From Chiloscyllium plagiosum (lineage: Eukaryota), in the NCBI RefSeq assembly GCF_004010195.1, contig NC_057749.1:16706564-16764382 (forward strand): 57,819 nucleotides of DNA, given 5' to 3'. Shown piece by piece: positions 1-13,500 of the stretch. The position numbers and the translations under genes were made by a program. The notes below the pieces were generated by a model. The model searched no databases, was not told the origin of the DNA, and saw nothing but the letters and a program-made list of their open reading frames with translations. The first letter of the stretch is position 1; the number at the start of each line of letters is the position of its first letter.

Positions 1-977
1 GCTGTAACAGAACCATATTAGATGGAAAGGTTTCAGGTTAAATTAAAAGTGCTTGAGTTTAAAGATACCTACTGGGGTAATATCAGCAATTGGCCCTATA
101 TCTTTCAAGAATGGGGGAACAAAAGTGAATTTGAATTCAACCTTATGCTAATCACAACTCCCCATGCCTCACCCCCAAACAAAAAACATATTCTGCACTC
201 AGAGCAGGATTCACATTTGTATGTTACCTATTTCTTAGTACAGTCATCTTGGTGTCTTGTCTCGTTGTCCACATTCCTGCATATTACAAGCGCTCCCAAA
301 TACGCTGGTCACCAAATACTTTTGAGCTCTTTGCCATGTGTACAGCCAGTAAAATCTCTCTTGAAAAACTGCACTTTGTTGAATATGCAGTGTTAACAAA
401 ACAGAATGCAACAATAAATAAATTAAGTGCCTAAATATTTAGCAGCAGGAAAGACATTCACCAACTTGCCTGATAGTCCAGCTGAAGCATTTCCCAGTGA
501 AGAATTGCGACTGGGGTGCAAACCCAGAAGACAACCAACGTGCATTATGCTAGATCCTATCCAGTATGACCAACAGCCTCATGGAAGGCAGGCAGCATCA
601 GGGGAAGTGTGTGAAAACCCAAAGACGATACTTGAGTAAGATTTACAATATGAATTGAATGAAATGATTCAATTAGTTTGTCAGGGGTTACCATTTACTA
701 TATACATGGATAGTGAGCTAAAGATTCTGGTTTTATGTGGGTGTAAGTGATTCACAATGATATCAGAAACAAGGTTGTGATGGTCTGCAGCTGACTCTAA
801 TACTTAAAATATGAAGTGACTGGACAATTACTCAGCCCTTCACTGATTCAAACTATTTTTACAGCCTGACAGCACTTTACAGTTCAGTACTTGCACTGAA
901 GTATCTAATAAACCTCAAATTGAAAAAGTTGAATAAATAAAATTATAATATCACTTTTTCTGGGAAGGTGGCCCTGG

Positions 978-1035
978 AATAGAGTTGAGAGTGTTGTTCT
1001 GAAAAAACACAGCTGGTCAGGCAGCATCCGAGGCA
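978..1035 (-). mobile_element. Penelope-like element pLTR tail fragment
   Basis: gaaaaaacacagctggtcaggcagcatccgagg is the reverse complement of the pLTR tail seen at 3300-3350 and 52600-52650. Confidence 0.55.
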
Positions 1036-1117
1036 CTGGAATAGACCCTGACCACACTGGGAAGTGTCTGAGCCATACAGGGGGCTTTAATTTTTTATAA
1101 AGGTAAACTCTGCTGAA

Positions 1118-1228
1118 GGGCCAGTGTGGCACAATGATAGTGTCCCTACCCCTGGATTTGGAGACCCAGGTTCAAGTCTCAGCTGTTGCAAAAAGGTGTG
1201 AAATAACATTCCTAAACAGGCTGATTAA
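1118..1228 (+). mobile_element. Short tRNA-derived SINE
   Basis: A-box-like TGGCACAATGATAG and B-box GGTTCAAGTC. Its 3' part (gtgtgaaataacattcctaaacaggctgattaa) recurs at ~14790-14823. Confidence 0.5.
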
Positions 1229-3260
1229 ATTTTTAAAAACCCTTACTACACAATATTCTTAGAATTTATGAAATTTGCAACAATTAGCTTCACAGAACTT
1301 ACAAAATGACCTTGCAGTAATTCTATCTCTAGTAGCATATTTAGGGCAAAAAAGAGTTATATTCAGTTGCAAGCAAAGTATTTAATTAGCATGTGTAATT
1401 AAGGGTTTAAACTTTTTAATAGATAACATGCATGTAATGGAAATTGTGGAGTGATGAGCAAGGATTCAATCTGAGCAATAATATAGAGCTGTCAATGTCA
1501 GTGTTAGATCAAATATATAGAGTTGTACCTGCTTTATTCTCCTTTAAAGACAGAAATCACGTCACAATTTGCACAATTGCAGGTGAAAATGTTCCCCCCA
1601 CCCTTACTATATCCAGAGTAATTCTCAATCTCCCGATTCTAGGATCTGAATATTTGTAAAACATTGTAGGTTTCTTGACTCCTACTCTCTCCCTGAAAGC
1701 CCCTTCCATAAACATGGCTGTCTGACAGCAGACTGAAAAAAAGTTTCATTATTCTGAATATCCAATCCCTAATCTACTAAGTTTCTTTAAAATATCCAGA
1801 CATATGCTCAAATATCTATATCATCCTTTTAAAGATGAAATCCTCAAATTACTTCTGTATTTTCTCATATCTCAGACCAAACATTCAGAAGGAAAGCAGC
1901 CTCAAGGCTCTTCCCGGTCTTCAACACTTGTACATCTTCTGTTCCTCAACCAAAGTTACACAGCACTTGTGGTATAGTCAGCAGAACACAACACATTTTA
2001 AATCTAAAAGGAGAAGCAATTTTCCCACTAAATTAACAAGACTTGACAGGCCTAAATGATGTCATGCAAGTTTCAATTACATGTAAAAACATGAGATAGA
2101 ATACTTTACATACATTGATTGTACACGCAAGCAACACTTTGCACATATTGATCCTAATGAGAGTAGGATCAAATGGCACCTGCAACCAGCAGTTATAACT
2201 TCTTGGATTTTTATTTTTATAAAAAATTCAAAGCAGTATCAATATTTTGTTTTAAATATCAACAATATACATTTAAACAGCACACAAAGTAATACAAAAA
2301 CTAAAAGGCACTTCACAAGAGCATTTTGAAACAATTCAACATGTTCAGAGAAGCTATTATCCTTGGCAACCAAAAGCATGGGCAAAGGTAGAATTTTCAG
2401 GAGTGCCTTCAAGGAGAGAAAGGGAAAAAATGGTATTCCAGAATTTAGGGCTACACTGTTTGAACACTCAGCAACTAAGACCAGGAAGAAAATGTTATCA
2501 GAAGCCCTCATTTGTAAGACGAGCTCATTGTTCTTCCAGTGCTCTCTATATACACAGCCTATTTCACAACAATTGTTGATTGCACTAATTTTCCTAATTA
2601 AAATAACTTCTAAACAAACACTTCAGTCAACTTCATTCAGTTTAGTAATCTTAGCATATGCGTTTTTTTAAAAAAAGCAGACCCATGAATAGATTCAAGT
2701 TCCAAAATGTGTCATTTGAAGTTATGAATAAATCCCAACATTTTGAAGCTACCATTTAAAATGCAAACAGTTGAAGTATTGAAATGCTACATTGGTCTAT
2801 ATCAATTTATATAGTGAATAACTTTAGAAAAATTGAAGCATTAGCAATTTTTAAATGTCAGCAAGAGATGTTGAATGTTAGCAATAAATTTTAAAATCTG
2901 GTGGCTATTTTGGCGACACATTAGGCTTCAAATTTACAATAATTATGTAGTTGATGTAAATACCTTAAATAAAAATTTGGGTAGAAAAATTGAGTTTCTA
3001 TTAAAAAATCATACTTTTAGACAAACTGTATATAATCAGCCATTTTGGAAAGGTTTAAGATTTTCAAGTACTTGATGAACAGAGATGGATTACAAACATG
3101 TTATTGAAGGTTTGAGGTTAACATGTTTGCTTTGGAGTGAAATAACTCTTGGGACTCACCACTGCCCATTTGTTTTGCATTATTTAACCTTAAATCACCC
3201 ATCATTACCTTTTGTGGATCTATTTGATTTAAAAATGCTTATCACCTCCCAGATTTAATG

Positions 3261-3389
3261 ATTCCTGAAGAAGGGCTTATGCCCGAAACGTCGATTCTCC
3301 TCTTCCCTGGATGCTGCCTGACCTGCTGCGCTTTTCCAGCAACACATTTCCAGCTCTGATCTCCAGCATCTGCAGACCTCACTTTCTCC
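3261..3389 (+). mobile_element. Solo Penelope-like pLTR with intact minimal hammerhead core
   Basis: attcCTGAAGAagggcttatgcccGAAACGTCgatt followed by the pLTR tail ending actttctcc. Flanked by TTAATG duplication (3255-3260, 3390-3395). Confidence 0.8.
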
Positions 3390-5584
3390 TTAATGTTTTC
3401 ATCCCCAACCCACACAGGTTTAATGCCCAGTAGAGAGTCTAAAATTGCATTTTAGCTAAGTTAAACATCCCCCTCTAGTCTGGACAGTACTACAGCCTTT
3501 TTAACACTTAATTCTTGATTATGGGAAAGTATGAACAGTTAACTTGATTATCCATTTAGAAAACCAAGAATTCTATGTTAAGGAATAAGAATTGCAGCAT
3601 CTGGGAGGTAGAATCATTTCCAAGTGGAAGCTTCTCGCCAGGACTAGAATACATAATCTAAGATTAGTGTCATACAAAGTAAGACTGCATTGGCATAGAC
3701 ACCATTATTCAAATTAAACTTCAAATTGCCCACCTTGAAGCTTTTAAAAGATATTCCCCCAGTATTTTTCCAAAATTAATTCAACAAATATCTGCAAATA
3801 CACTAACTAGTCATACAGCCAACATGCCACTTGTGAACTCTCAGTGCACAAACTGGTTAGTGTTTCCCTAACTAAAAACCATAATTATGCTTTGAAAGCG
3901 ATTCTTTGAGTCAAATAGTTCGGCACTCTGGCACTCACTTAGCATGACCAGCACAGTACAAATCTAGTTTCTTTAGAAGTTATATACATATTTACCTTTT
4001 GTAAATTTATTTCAACTTTAGATGAGAAGGCATTGTAATAAGCAACTGCACGCAGAGTTGGTCTCAAATACAAGCCTCAGGTTCAGAATAATTTGTCAAT
4101 AACAATGTTTACAGGCCTCAATTTTCTCAATTCCCATAATACCTAAATTGCGTTCATATACTGTACACTAATTTAGTAGATATGTCAGCTTGTTCATATT
4201 ATTGAACCACTTATGGTACAAAGGCAGATCTGTACACGTATGTAGATTATTGGTTATACCAGGATCTAGGCCTGTGACTCCAGCTTTTGATTGGACTCTG
4301 CACAGTGCACTGCGCCAGCCTGCAGCATTTGCGCTGCAGGCTGTATTTGAACTCATTGCTCCACATTGTTGCAATAAACCCACAAGGCAACTTTCAAATA
4401 AAAATTCAAACAAAATCAATATGGTGAAATAAAGAGATTCCATAAACTCTAGGAGATCGTAACTTCTCAAATACATTTTCCTACCAGTTATGAAATCAAT
4501 TGCAGCTGTGAATCTACTTTAATGAGCCACTGATTCAAACCACCTTCATCAATGCTCCACTAATAAAAGCTTCAAGTTCAATATCTGGCTGGCAAATTAA
4601 ACAATCTGCACATTCAGCCAAAAATATACCACGATTACTAAGGACAAAGAGACAATCTGGACCTTAGTTAATTACATTTTTTTAATATAACTTTCAATTA
4701 AATTTGCCAGTTAGCAAGTCTGAAATGACTCTCAAGGTTGCAATTTACAAATTAGGCCTACTATGACACATGATGCATGTGGTGTATTGTTGTTAGTAGG
4801 CAACCTGGTTTCAAAAAGGAGCTGGAAAAATAGATTTTACTTTTCAGTTCAGTGAAGGTGACCTTTTTGTTTAAAAAAAAGCAAGCAGCAAAACCATTTT
4901 GAGCAGTGAACCTGCATAGTTTCTCCAAGTGAGCATGTGATTTAAAGATTCTCAATTACCTGGGATATTAATTGCTGAAATAACATAAAATTGAGTTTTA
5001 TCATACAGAAAGAGATTGCCAGAGGCCACTGGGCAGTTCATGTTGGATGAATAGTCATCTTAGCAGTAGAGCAATTATTTCATTAATGAAGTCTCCAGAC
5101 TGTCAGAATTGAAAGTCTCCAGGTCAATGGAACTGAAACATCTTAAAATTCCACCCCCCACCAAACAAATGAGGAGGGACAGTCTCAACTGATGAATAAC
5201 TAAATCCCTGATTGATATCTGTGCAGCTCAACGTGAAGCCAGTAGATATCCAATGCTGACTTCTGTGGACAGGTAGTGTAATGGTCTCTGCCCATAGATT
5301 TTACCCATAAATACTGGAGGATGCAGGCCAAGCCAGAGGCCTGGAGGAGGATGCAGCACACTAGCTGAGGTAACTGCAGTGACTTTCAAGTCAGAAATTA
5401 GTAAAGTACGAGTAGATGTAAATGTTGGTATGACATGCTGCTCACTAAATAGGATTTACATCATTATTCAGACCTGGGATGGAAAAAAAAACAGTTTCTT
5501 CAACAAAAACCTTGTTTAATGAATCTTGCCAATTGACACTGTATTGTCCATGTCATTTAGAGGCGAGAAAATCCAATGTCGTGC

Positions 5585-5757
5585 TCCTCTTCAAGTAGGA
5601 CCATGGTATCTTTAACATTCTTATGGTGCTGGCAGATGTGATTTCTAATAAATATTTGACATGTGATAAAGCAGAACTCCCTCAGTGTTGCCCTGAAACA
5701 TGAATCTCAAGTGGGGCTTGACCTCGGATTCATGAGCGCCACCACCAATTGAGCAAG
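5585..5757 (-). mobile_element. Diverged tRNA-derived SINE, possibly DeuSINE-like
   Basis: gcagaactccctcagtgttgccctg...caagtggggcttgacc resembles the reverse complement of the DeuSINE head/central region. Highly decayed. Confidence 0.4.
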
Positions 5758-6977
5758 CACAACACTACAAATGAAAGCAAGACAATTGTGGGAGGAAATT
5801 TTAAAAGGTCCTTGAAAATAATGAGCTAGAAAAGAGCACACTAAACTAAATCTTCATTTCTAAACAGTGAGTATAGAAAGCAGCTATGTGAGAGAGAAAA
5901 TTCAGCGTAGAGTAAAAAGGGAAAATAGATAGACTTGAGAATATAAAGACTGATACGTTGTCAGAGGCTTGTCTAACTTGTTTATAATTCATACAATGCG
6001 TTTATTTCAGATTAGATGGTCTTGTATTTGAAGTGTAGCCAACTGTTGCTTTAGAAGATTAAAAACTTAATAAATTTCTAAAAGATGTGACATTTTGTGT
6101 GACTACTGATTAGTTTCCTTGAAAAAAACAACTGTACAATCATAAGAACACATACCTAGGGTGTCACAGGGGAAGATATTACTATTACAGTGCAGCATCT
6201 CTCAGGCAGGCAGTTAAGGGTTTGGATTAACATTTTATTGTAAATGGAAAGCATTTGTGAATTAAATGCAAGGAAGACTAGGTAGCATTGAGAAATGAAC
6301 AATACTTTGGAATCCAGTTCGCAGATTCACCAACGACCAGAGCAGGTGGGGTAGTTAGATGCGAGCCAAGGTTTTAATTCCGTCCAGATAGCACTCACCT
6401 TCTATTGGAGCACAGAAGTGCCTATGGCACCAGTTCTTTTCCACACTTGCTATTACATGACCTCTGACAGAATCTGTCAAATTATTGCTAGTTTTGTTTT
6501 ACTGAGCCCTTCCCCTTCTGAAATTGAATTGAAAGTTAAGATTGAATCTTCCTATCTTCAACTATCTTCCTATTCCAAACTACAAGTGGTTACTTCACTT
6601 GATATGCTTTCCTCACTGTTAAGCTTTTTCAAGAGTTAAGATCTACAGCTATAGCCAAAGCCAGATTAAGGTGTTCAATGTTAGATGTTAAATTTTTTTT
6701 TAATTAGTTATAAACAAATTTTGCAAATTCTTTTCCACTATTCCAAATGCATAAGATACTGCAATTGTGATCTTCGCTTATCAACACTTTCAATTGCTAT
6801 GTTTATTCAGGAAATATTTTATAAAGCACTCACAAAGAATGAATAGAAATTTAAAAGATTGCAACTGGACTTTTAATGTAAAGGAAAAAATCAAGTTATA
6901 TAGTGAGTTCACAATTCATTAACCACCTGAGCAGAATAGACCTTTAATTGCCAAGTTGCTCCAACACAAAATTAAAC

Positions 6978-7434
6978 AAACTTGAAAGGGTTCAAAAAAG
7001 ATTTACAAGGATGTTGCCAGGTTTAGAGGATTTGAGCTGTGGGGAGACGCTGAATATGCTGGGGCTGTTTTCCCTGGAGTGTCGGAGGCTGAGGGGTGAC
7101 TTTATAGAAGTTATAAAATGGAGAGAGGTATGGATAGGATAATTAGACAAGGTGGGTTGTGGTCCAGAACTAGAGGACATAGGTTTAGAGTGAGGGGGGA
7201 AATATTTAAAAAGGAACATAAGGGGCAACTTTTTCATGCAGAGGATGGTGCATGTATGGAATGAGCTGCCAGAGGAAGTGGTTAAAAGGCATCTGGATGC
7301 ATATAATAATAAGAGCAGGTGCGAGGGATATGGGCCAAGTGCTGGCAAATGGGACTAGATTAATTTAGGATATCTGGTCAGCACGAATGAGTTGGTCCAA
7401 AGGATCTGTTTTCATGCTGTACATCTCTACGACT
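6978..7434 (+). mobile_element. CR1-clade LINE (HER1-like) 3' fragment
   Basis: KLERVQKRFTRMLPGLEDLS..E.L..LGLFSLE.RRLRGD is the CR1 ORF2 C-terminus. 3' UTR ends gctgtacatctctacgacta. Confidence 0.9.
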
Positions 7435-8204
7435 AATTCTCTCTCCTTCAGCATACAATTCTTTGGTCAGGCCTCAAATCCTTCCGTCTATTCAATCTTT
7501 CATTGCTTCTGAGACTTTTAACATTCAGGATTGTCATCTAACCAGATTATCTCCACCTCTCCTTTGTTAGTTTTTTTGAAAGTATTGTTCTGTTACGGGC
7601 CTTAGGAATCATCTAAGTTTAGCACAGGAAATATTAGTCTTAAAAATGTAAGTTGGGAAATCAAATGCCGAGTGGCTGACACAATTATAATTTTGCAATT
7701 GGACGCCAAATCTATTTCATTGCACAACCCTTCTCCACCCACAACCTATGTTTTAGCCCACTGTTCAGGTCTGAACAACTTTGGTCTTCCTTTCAATTAT
7801 TATATTTGCTTTTCTGATGTCAGAAATCAGAACTCATTTCTGTAAACGTGCATCAAGCTGAAGGATTAATTCCTTGGAGTGAAAGTCTTTTTGTCCAAAT
7901 TTTGCACATATTTAACTGACTGCTGATTCTTATTTCCTCAATATTTTCATTTTTTTTACCCTAGCGTCATTTGCACAGAATTCCTTCTTAAAACGGAAAC
8001 AAACTCATGAAACTTGGAAGCTTGCCTCTCGGTTCACTGCTAAAAAGGTCCAAAGTCGAAATTCTGGTCTCAGTTTCCTGATCCCATGTTGGATGATGCA
8101 TGGTGTTGCCACTATCGCTGGGAGTAAATTAGCCAGAGTTCCTGCTCATAATCACTGTCTCGTGACCACAGACAAAAGTGTACATGTTGACATTTAAGTA
8201 ACAG

Positions 8205-8500
8205 CTATTGTTTTTATTTATCCTGCACCTTTTAACAAAGAAAAATCCCAAGGCTTCTCATAGGTGAATTATAAAGTTTGACAGCAAGTCATATATGGAG
8301 ATACTAGATCAGATGACCAAAAGCATTGTCAAAGTGTTAAATTTTTCAGGAACATCTTAAATATGAGATAACAACAACTGGAAGTGGGGAGGTGTAGAAG
8401 AGGAATTCCAGAATTTGGAGTTCTAGGTACTCTAAGGTACAGCCATGAATTGTGGTTAAATTATTTGGAATGCACAAGTGGCCAGAATAAGTCTGCACAG
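8205..8500 (-). mobile_element. Old L2-like LINE 3' fragment
   Basis: tttatttatcctgcaccttttaac...ccaaaagcattgtcaaag...ggaattccaga pattern typical of a reverse-oriented L2 tail. A similar decayed piece lies at ~2360-2450. Confidence 0.4.
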
Positions 8501-9330
8501 ATATCATACGGTCAACTACAGTATACCCTTTCCAGCCTCTTCTGGGATATACAGCCTAACGTGCTTAACATTCACTGACAAGCGAAATAAGGAGAACTTC
8601 ACCATTCTGTATGTGAGACTTGAACCCGATTTTGGTGCAATGAAGTTAAAAAATAGGCAAACAATGCAGCAGAAAAGTTTTAGCAGAAATGCTATTCAAA
8701 GATCAAAGGAATGGCTTTTACATTAAGAGCATACTGCATGAAGTAACAGGAATGGGAGGAGGAAAAGAAGAAAACAGGAGAAAGAATGAGATATCAGGAT
8801 ATACTATTAATTTTCAGTGTTTATCAATTTACTTTAACAAGCCTCAACCAGGCCATGAATAACTTTGGCATCATGACATGTATTCAAAACAAGACATGAG
8901 AAATTCATCCAGAGATACGTGTGGGCTGGTGCTCCCCCAATAACACTGCATGGGACATAAAGCTATGAATTTTCTATATTCTTGAATAATTGGAAGACTG
9001 GGTGAGGATGTAGGGCTGCTATGCTTTATACAGAACAGCAATGATGCCGGCTCTGCCATGTTAAGTTCTCAGCTTTGTACTACTTAATCATTCTGTTCAT
9101 GGGCTTATAAAATGATAATGATTAATTTTCTCAGATTTTCTTTATATATGAAAAGGCAGCACTAACTACATTTTCAGACATGTCTGTGCACATTAGAAAT
9201 GGTGTGACTGAGTCCCACTAACTTTTGGACAATTTGAAATGAGTTATTGCATATGTGGACCTAAACTGATGCAATGAAAACATGCAATGTAATGGACTTT
9301 TAACAATACCTATACAACATCACTAAGCTA

Positions 9331-9655
9331 CAAGTACACAATCCTTATCCGAAATTCTGAAAACCGAAAAGCTCCAAAAGTTTGTCGTGGAGTATGGAGC
9401 ATCATTTTGGTGTGCAAGCAGGTGACCCAATGCCACAGCCACTTGAAACACGCCACTCAGGTGTGATGTAGCGGCGTGGCCCAGCACTGGCAGGCTTCAA
9501 CTGTGTCTCAACACTCGTACTATTCACACATGGGTCTGCTGTTAGGTTTTCTTTCATTTCACAGTGAAAATGTCAGTTATTCCAAAATCTGAAAAATTCC
9601 AAATTCCGAAAAACAACTGACCCCCAAGGATTTCAGGTAAGGAATTGTGTACCTG
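9331..9655. mobile_element. Tc1/mariner (Tigger/pogo-type) MITE
   Basis: TIRs CAAGTACACAAT-CCTTATCCGAAAT and (reverse complement) CAGGTACACAATTCCTTACCTGAAAT. TA on both flanks (9329-9330, 9656-9657). No coding capacity. Confidence 0.8.
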
Positions 9656-9934
9656 TACTTGCATTTCCCTGAACTCAGGCTGCAGTACATAGTTCGTGGT
9701 TACATCAAGTCCAATTCAGCATTAAATTAACACAAATTGCAAGACCTTGCTTCAGTCCATTTTTGTCACTGAACAAGACATCATTACCTGCATGCATCAC
9801 AGTTTTGCATAATAGCATTGCTAATAGTTTATTTTACCGATCAATTTTAATTAGCTGCATCTGCATGACAAAAAGAAAAAAAATCCTACAGACTGAAGAT
9901 TGTTAAATGCAAAATCTTTTGGCCTTTCAGACTA

Positions 9935-10297
9935 CAGTAGCACCTCGACATACGAACGACCCCGTTCACAAACAAATCGGTTGATGAACAGGATTGTACG
10001 TAAAATTTTGCTTCAACGTACATACGAAATTCAAGGTACAAACGCAAAAAACCCATGTGCGACCACGTGGTTTCATTGATCTGCTTTGCTACGCGCTTGT
10101 TGAACGCAAAAGCTCTCAGGCCTCGCGTGATCTCATTCAGTTCGTCTTTGTCGTGGGCACTGTGAACAGCGTTCGTTGCTACATTCAAGCATTCTTACGC
10201 TATCCGAACAATGGGAAAAATTGATTCAGTTCGCAAACTTTTCGGTTCGCAAACCGGGTCCCGGAACGGATTAAGTTCATATGTTGAGGCGCTACTG
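9935..10297. mobile_element. Tc1/mariner (Tigger/pogo-type) MITE, CpG-rich
   Basis: 23-bp TIRs CAGTAGCACCTCGACATACGAAC / CAGTAGCGCCTCAACATATGAAC (20/23 match). TA duplication on both sides. Confidence 0.85.
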
Positions 10298-10459
10298 TAT
10301 AACCAAAACTTCTGTCATCAACTTGAACTATCTTTCTTAATGTCATTCTCCATCACTTGTGAACACAAAGAATTCCTTAGAAGCTTCACCCCACCCTTGA
10401 GGGTATAACCTGCAAACTAATAAAATCCAACCGTGCTTCACCTAGCCATTACTCATTGG

Positions 10460-10570
10460 ACAGGCCTATGGATGAGAATGGCGTGTGTAGGTTAGATGGT
10501 CTTCAGATTGGTTTTACAGGGCGACGCAACATAAAGGGCCCAAGGGCCTGTACTGCATTGTAATGTTCTA
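10460..10570 (+). mobile_element. CR1-type LINE 3' terminal fragment
   Basis: ...gggcccaagggcctgtactgcattgtaatgttcta is a CR1/HER1-like 3' end motif. Confidence 0.5.
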
Positions 10571-13500
10571 TTGTGTACTTTTACCTGACCCTTGTTGACA
10601 TTATTTTTTCAACTGAAAAAACATTTTCACCCAAAAACAATACCCATGAATACTTAATGTATAGTACGATCCTCAAAACCTTACATCACTTTAAATTGTT
10701 TGGTAACATGGATTACAGATGATGATAGAGATCATGCCTCTGTCAAACTGTACCACAAATACACTAAAATTGGCTATCACTTAAAATGAAAAATATTGCT
10801 TAGTTGAAGACTAGGATCAATTCTGAATAAACGTGCATAGAGCTGAACAAGTCACCATCCATACCCATTGTTTCAAAACAAGCTTCAAAAAAGTCATTAA
10901 CCTTATTCATTTGTGTTTAATGGAAAGAAAAATGTTTAATAACAGATTGTTCACTTCCTATACTGTCAATGGCCACACTGCACATATAAATGTAATTTTG
11001 CATTACAACTATACATAAACTTTAATTTGATCAAACAACTTTCTTGAGTGACCTGCCCCCCCTCTCAGAATTCACTTACCCCAAGCCCTTTGCCGAACTT
11101 TGAAAGTCTGCACAACTGCACACACCACTTACCTACACTTAACTGGTCATGCCTTGGCAATAGATATCCATCTTGTGATTTCAATGTTACAGCGTGGTTG
11201 TGCTTTTGCACGGACATCAAGACAAAACCAATCTTTTCAACTGATTTCCAGACTGTGGGCAAAGATCAGATGATGTGAGTGGGGGGAACAAACACATTTA
11301 AATGATGGTAACCCAACTTCACACATCTGCTGGATCATTTAGAAAATAAAGTTACCGATATAGGTGCTTGCCCAAAAAAAAACAAATGTCTAAAGTGCTG
11401 CAAGGTATAGCAACGTCTAGAAGAACAAACGATTCTGGTTTCCAAGTTTACTGGTCTCTATGATAACACCGACCTAATGTTTTAGGTATTTTTTTACAGC
11501 CCCTTCACAAATCTAATGTGCATTTTAGGGACATTCAAGCTTTCACTTCAATAGCTAGCATTTTCAGGGCTTTATTCATTAGGCCAACACTGCATTTATT
11601 TAGTCTCTTTAACATAGCAAACCAAATTCCCAAGTCCAATTTTTCTTTCTGAACACAGTACTGTTAGTGGTGTCTTCAGTTTGAGTGAATTCAACTTCCT
11701 TAGATTCAGCCAGTTTCTCCCATTGCCTATGCGGACAGTGAAAATAAACTAACAGAAGCAGAGAAAATGTAATTGTCATGCAAACTTAAGATATTTAAGG
11801 CAGCACAACTCAACTACATGATTGCATTATGTTCTGGAAATTACAAAACATCTCAACGTGTCTCAAGTTTTAACGAACCATTAGCACAGTTACAGATAAC
11901 ACTTTCCAAAAAGGGAACTATGTAAGTTTTGACCCCTGACAAAATAGATATTTTAATCTATACTGTTTCAAAACTAACTGTTAAAACTAAGCTCATTATC
12001 CCAGTGAAAACACATTCTTGCTAACTGAATTTCAGCCATGAAAACTAGTTTAGTCTTTGTCTTAATCTGAAATATTACTATTTTGCAGAGAACAAAAACT
12101 AAGGAATAAATTGCATCAAAATAAATCAGATTATGGAAAGGTGATGAGATAACTCCACATATGTAAAATTGGAAGATAAGCCAGGCTTCTGAGTACATGT
12201 GGACAGCTCATGATGTTTAACTGCACATTTGTTCCCTTTAAGAGATTCTGATCTGTGAACTTCGATTTGATTCAGACTGTAGTTTTCTCATTCCCCACCC
12301 TCTTTAAAATCAGTGCTCAAGTGTCTTTTTAAAAGTGTTGGCTTGTAGTTTTCTGGAGCCAAAGTTTTAAAAAAACGAACCATTTTCCATTTGTACATTC
12401 AAGTTTCAGGTCAAAGCCATGTTAAAAAGAAAACAAACAGCACAAGCACACATTCTGCAAAGCACTGCAAAGTTCATGTTTACTGTCTCAGTCACCCTGA
12501 GCAGGCTGGTGTTGACATATCTTTAAGTTAACATGCAGGCATGTGGCCATACTGGTTGCACAACATGCCCTTCAAAAACTAACAGCAAAAACATTGTACA
12601 GTTCAAATAGAGATTAGCTCTGGCATCTGAAGCTGCATTTCAATACATCCCTTTCATCCTGAGCAATTTAGCGCTGTGTTTTTAGGTTAAGAGGCAATAA
12701 ATGACACCTACTTTATGAGCCCAGGTAATAAAATTCTAAACTTCACCCAAACAATACAACATGGTATTGTTATTTTTCCCCATATTTGATATTTATCATT
12801 TGAATCGTTAGGCTACAACAGTGGCAACTATTGGTATTACACAATTTATTTCCTAAACAAAGACAGTCTTCTGTACATTTTGAATGTTAACTGAAACGGG
12901 AAAGGGAATGATTTTAAAACCAAGGATTGTGCAAGGGATTTGCTTTAAGTTTTAAAAAGAGCAAATTGCTGAAACTTACTGGAAGTAGCGCTTACCCTGC
13001 TTTGCTCAAAAAATGGGAAAGCTGATTGCAGATGGGCTGTGTACTAAGTTAGATTTGGCTGGCAACAAGCAGCTGGTTAGTTTTTGGAATTGTGACCAAC
13101 TGTGGATGGTTGCCAATAACCATGTAGAGCTCTGGGTAGCTAAACAGCTTGCGAACATGAACAATATTACCAAAAACCTTTGGACCCCCCGAAGAGGTGG
13201 TGGTGGATCTCTCAGCAATAGAAAATACTTCATGCTTGAAGAAAGCTAGTTTATGTTCCCTCACTAATTGCTTTTAAACAGTAAATCAGATACTTTATAA
13301 TTTGTAAACCAATTGTTCTTTGTTTCCTGCAAGGAAGTAATAAGTACCTGGAGAAAAGAGACCAAAGAACAGCAAGTCCTGGCAAGCAAAAGGATCATCT
13401 CAATGAACCATTTGGACAGGGGCCATTGAAATGCCTTCCCAGTTTTCCCTCCATACAAAACACCAACTCGTGTTTCAATATCTGTGTAGGAGGAGCTTTA

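Noticed and set aside
224..360. Minus-strand frame containing VFGD near the window start as the next furin exon
   Set aside because: Continues QRIWERL-stop rather than YYHF, and no suitable acceptor precedes it.
9095..9130. Minus-strand NHYHF resembling the propeptide DYYHF motif
   Set aside because: Stop codon four codons later and no acceptor site.
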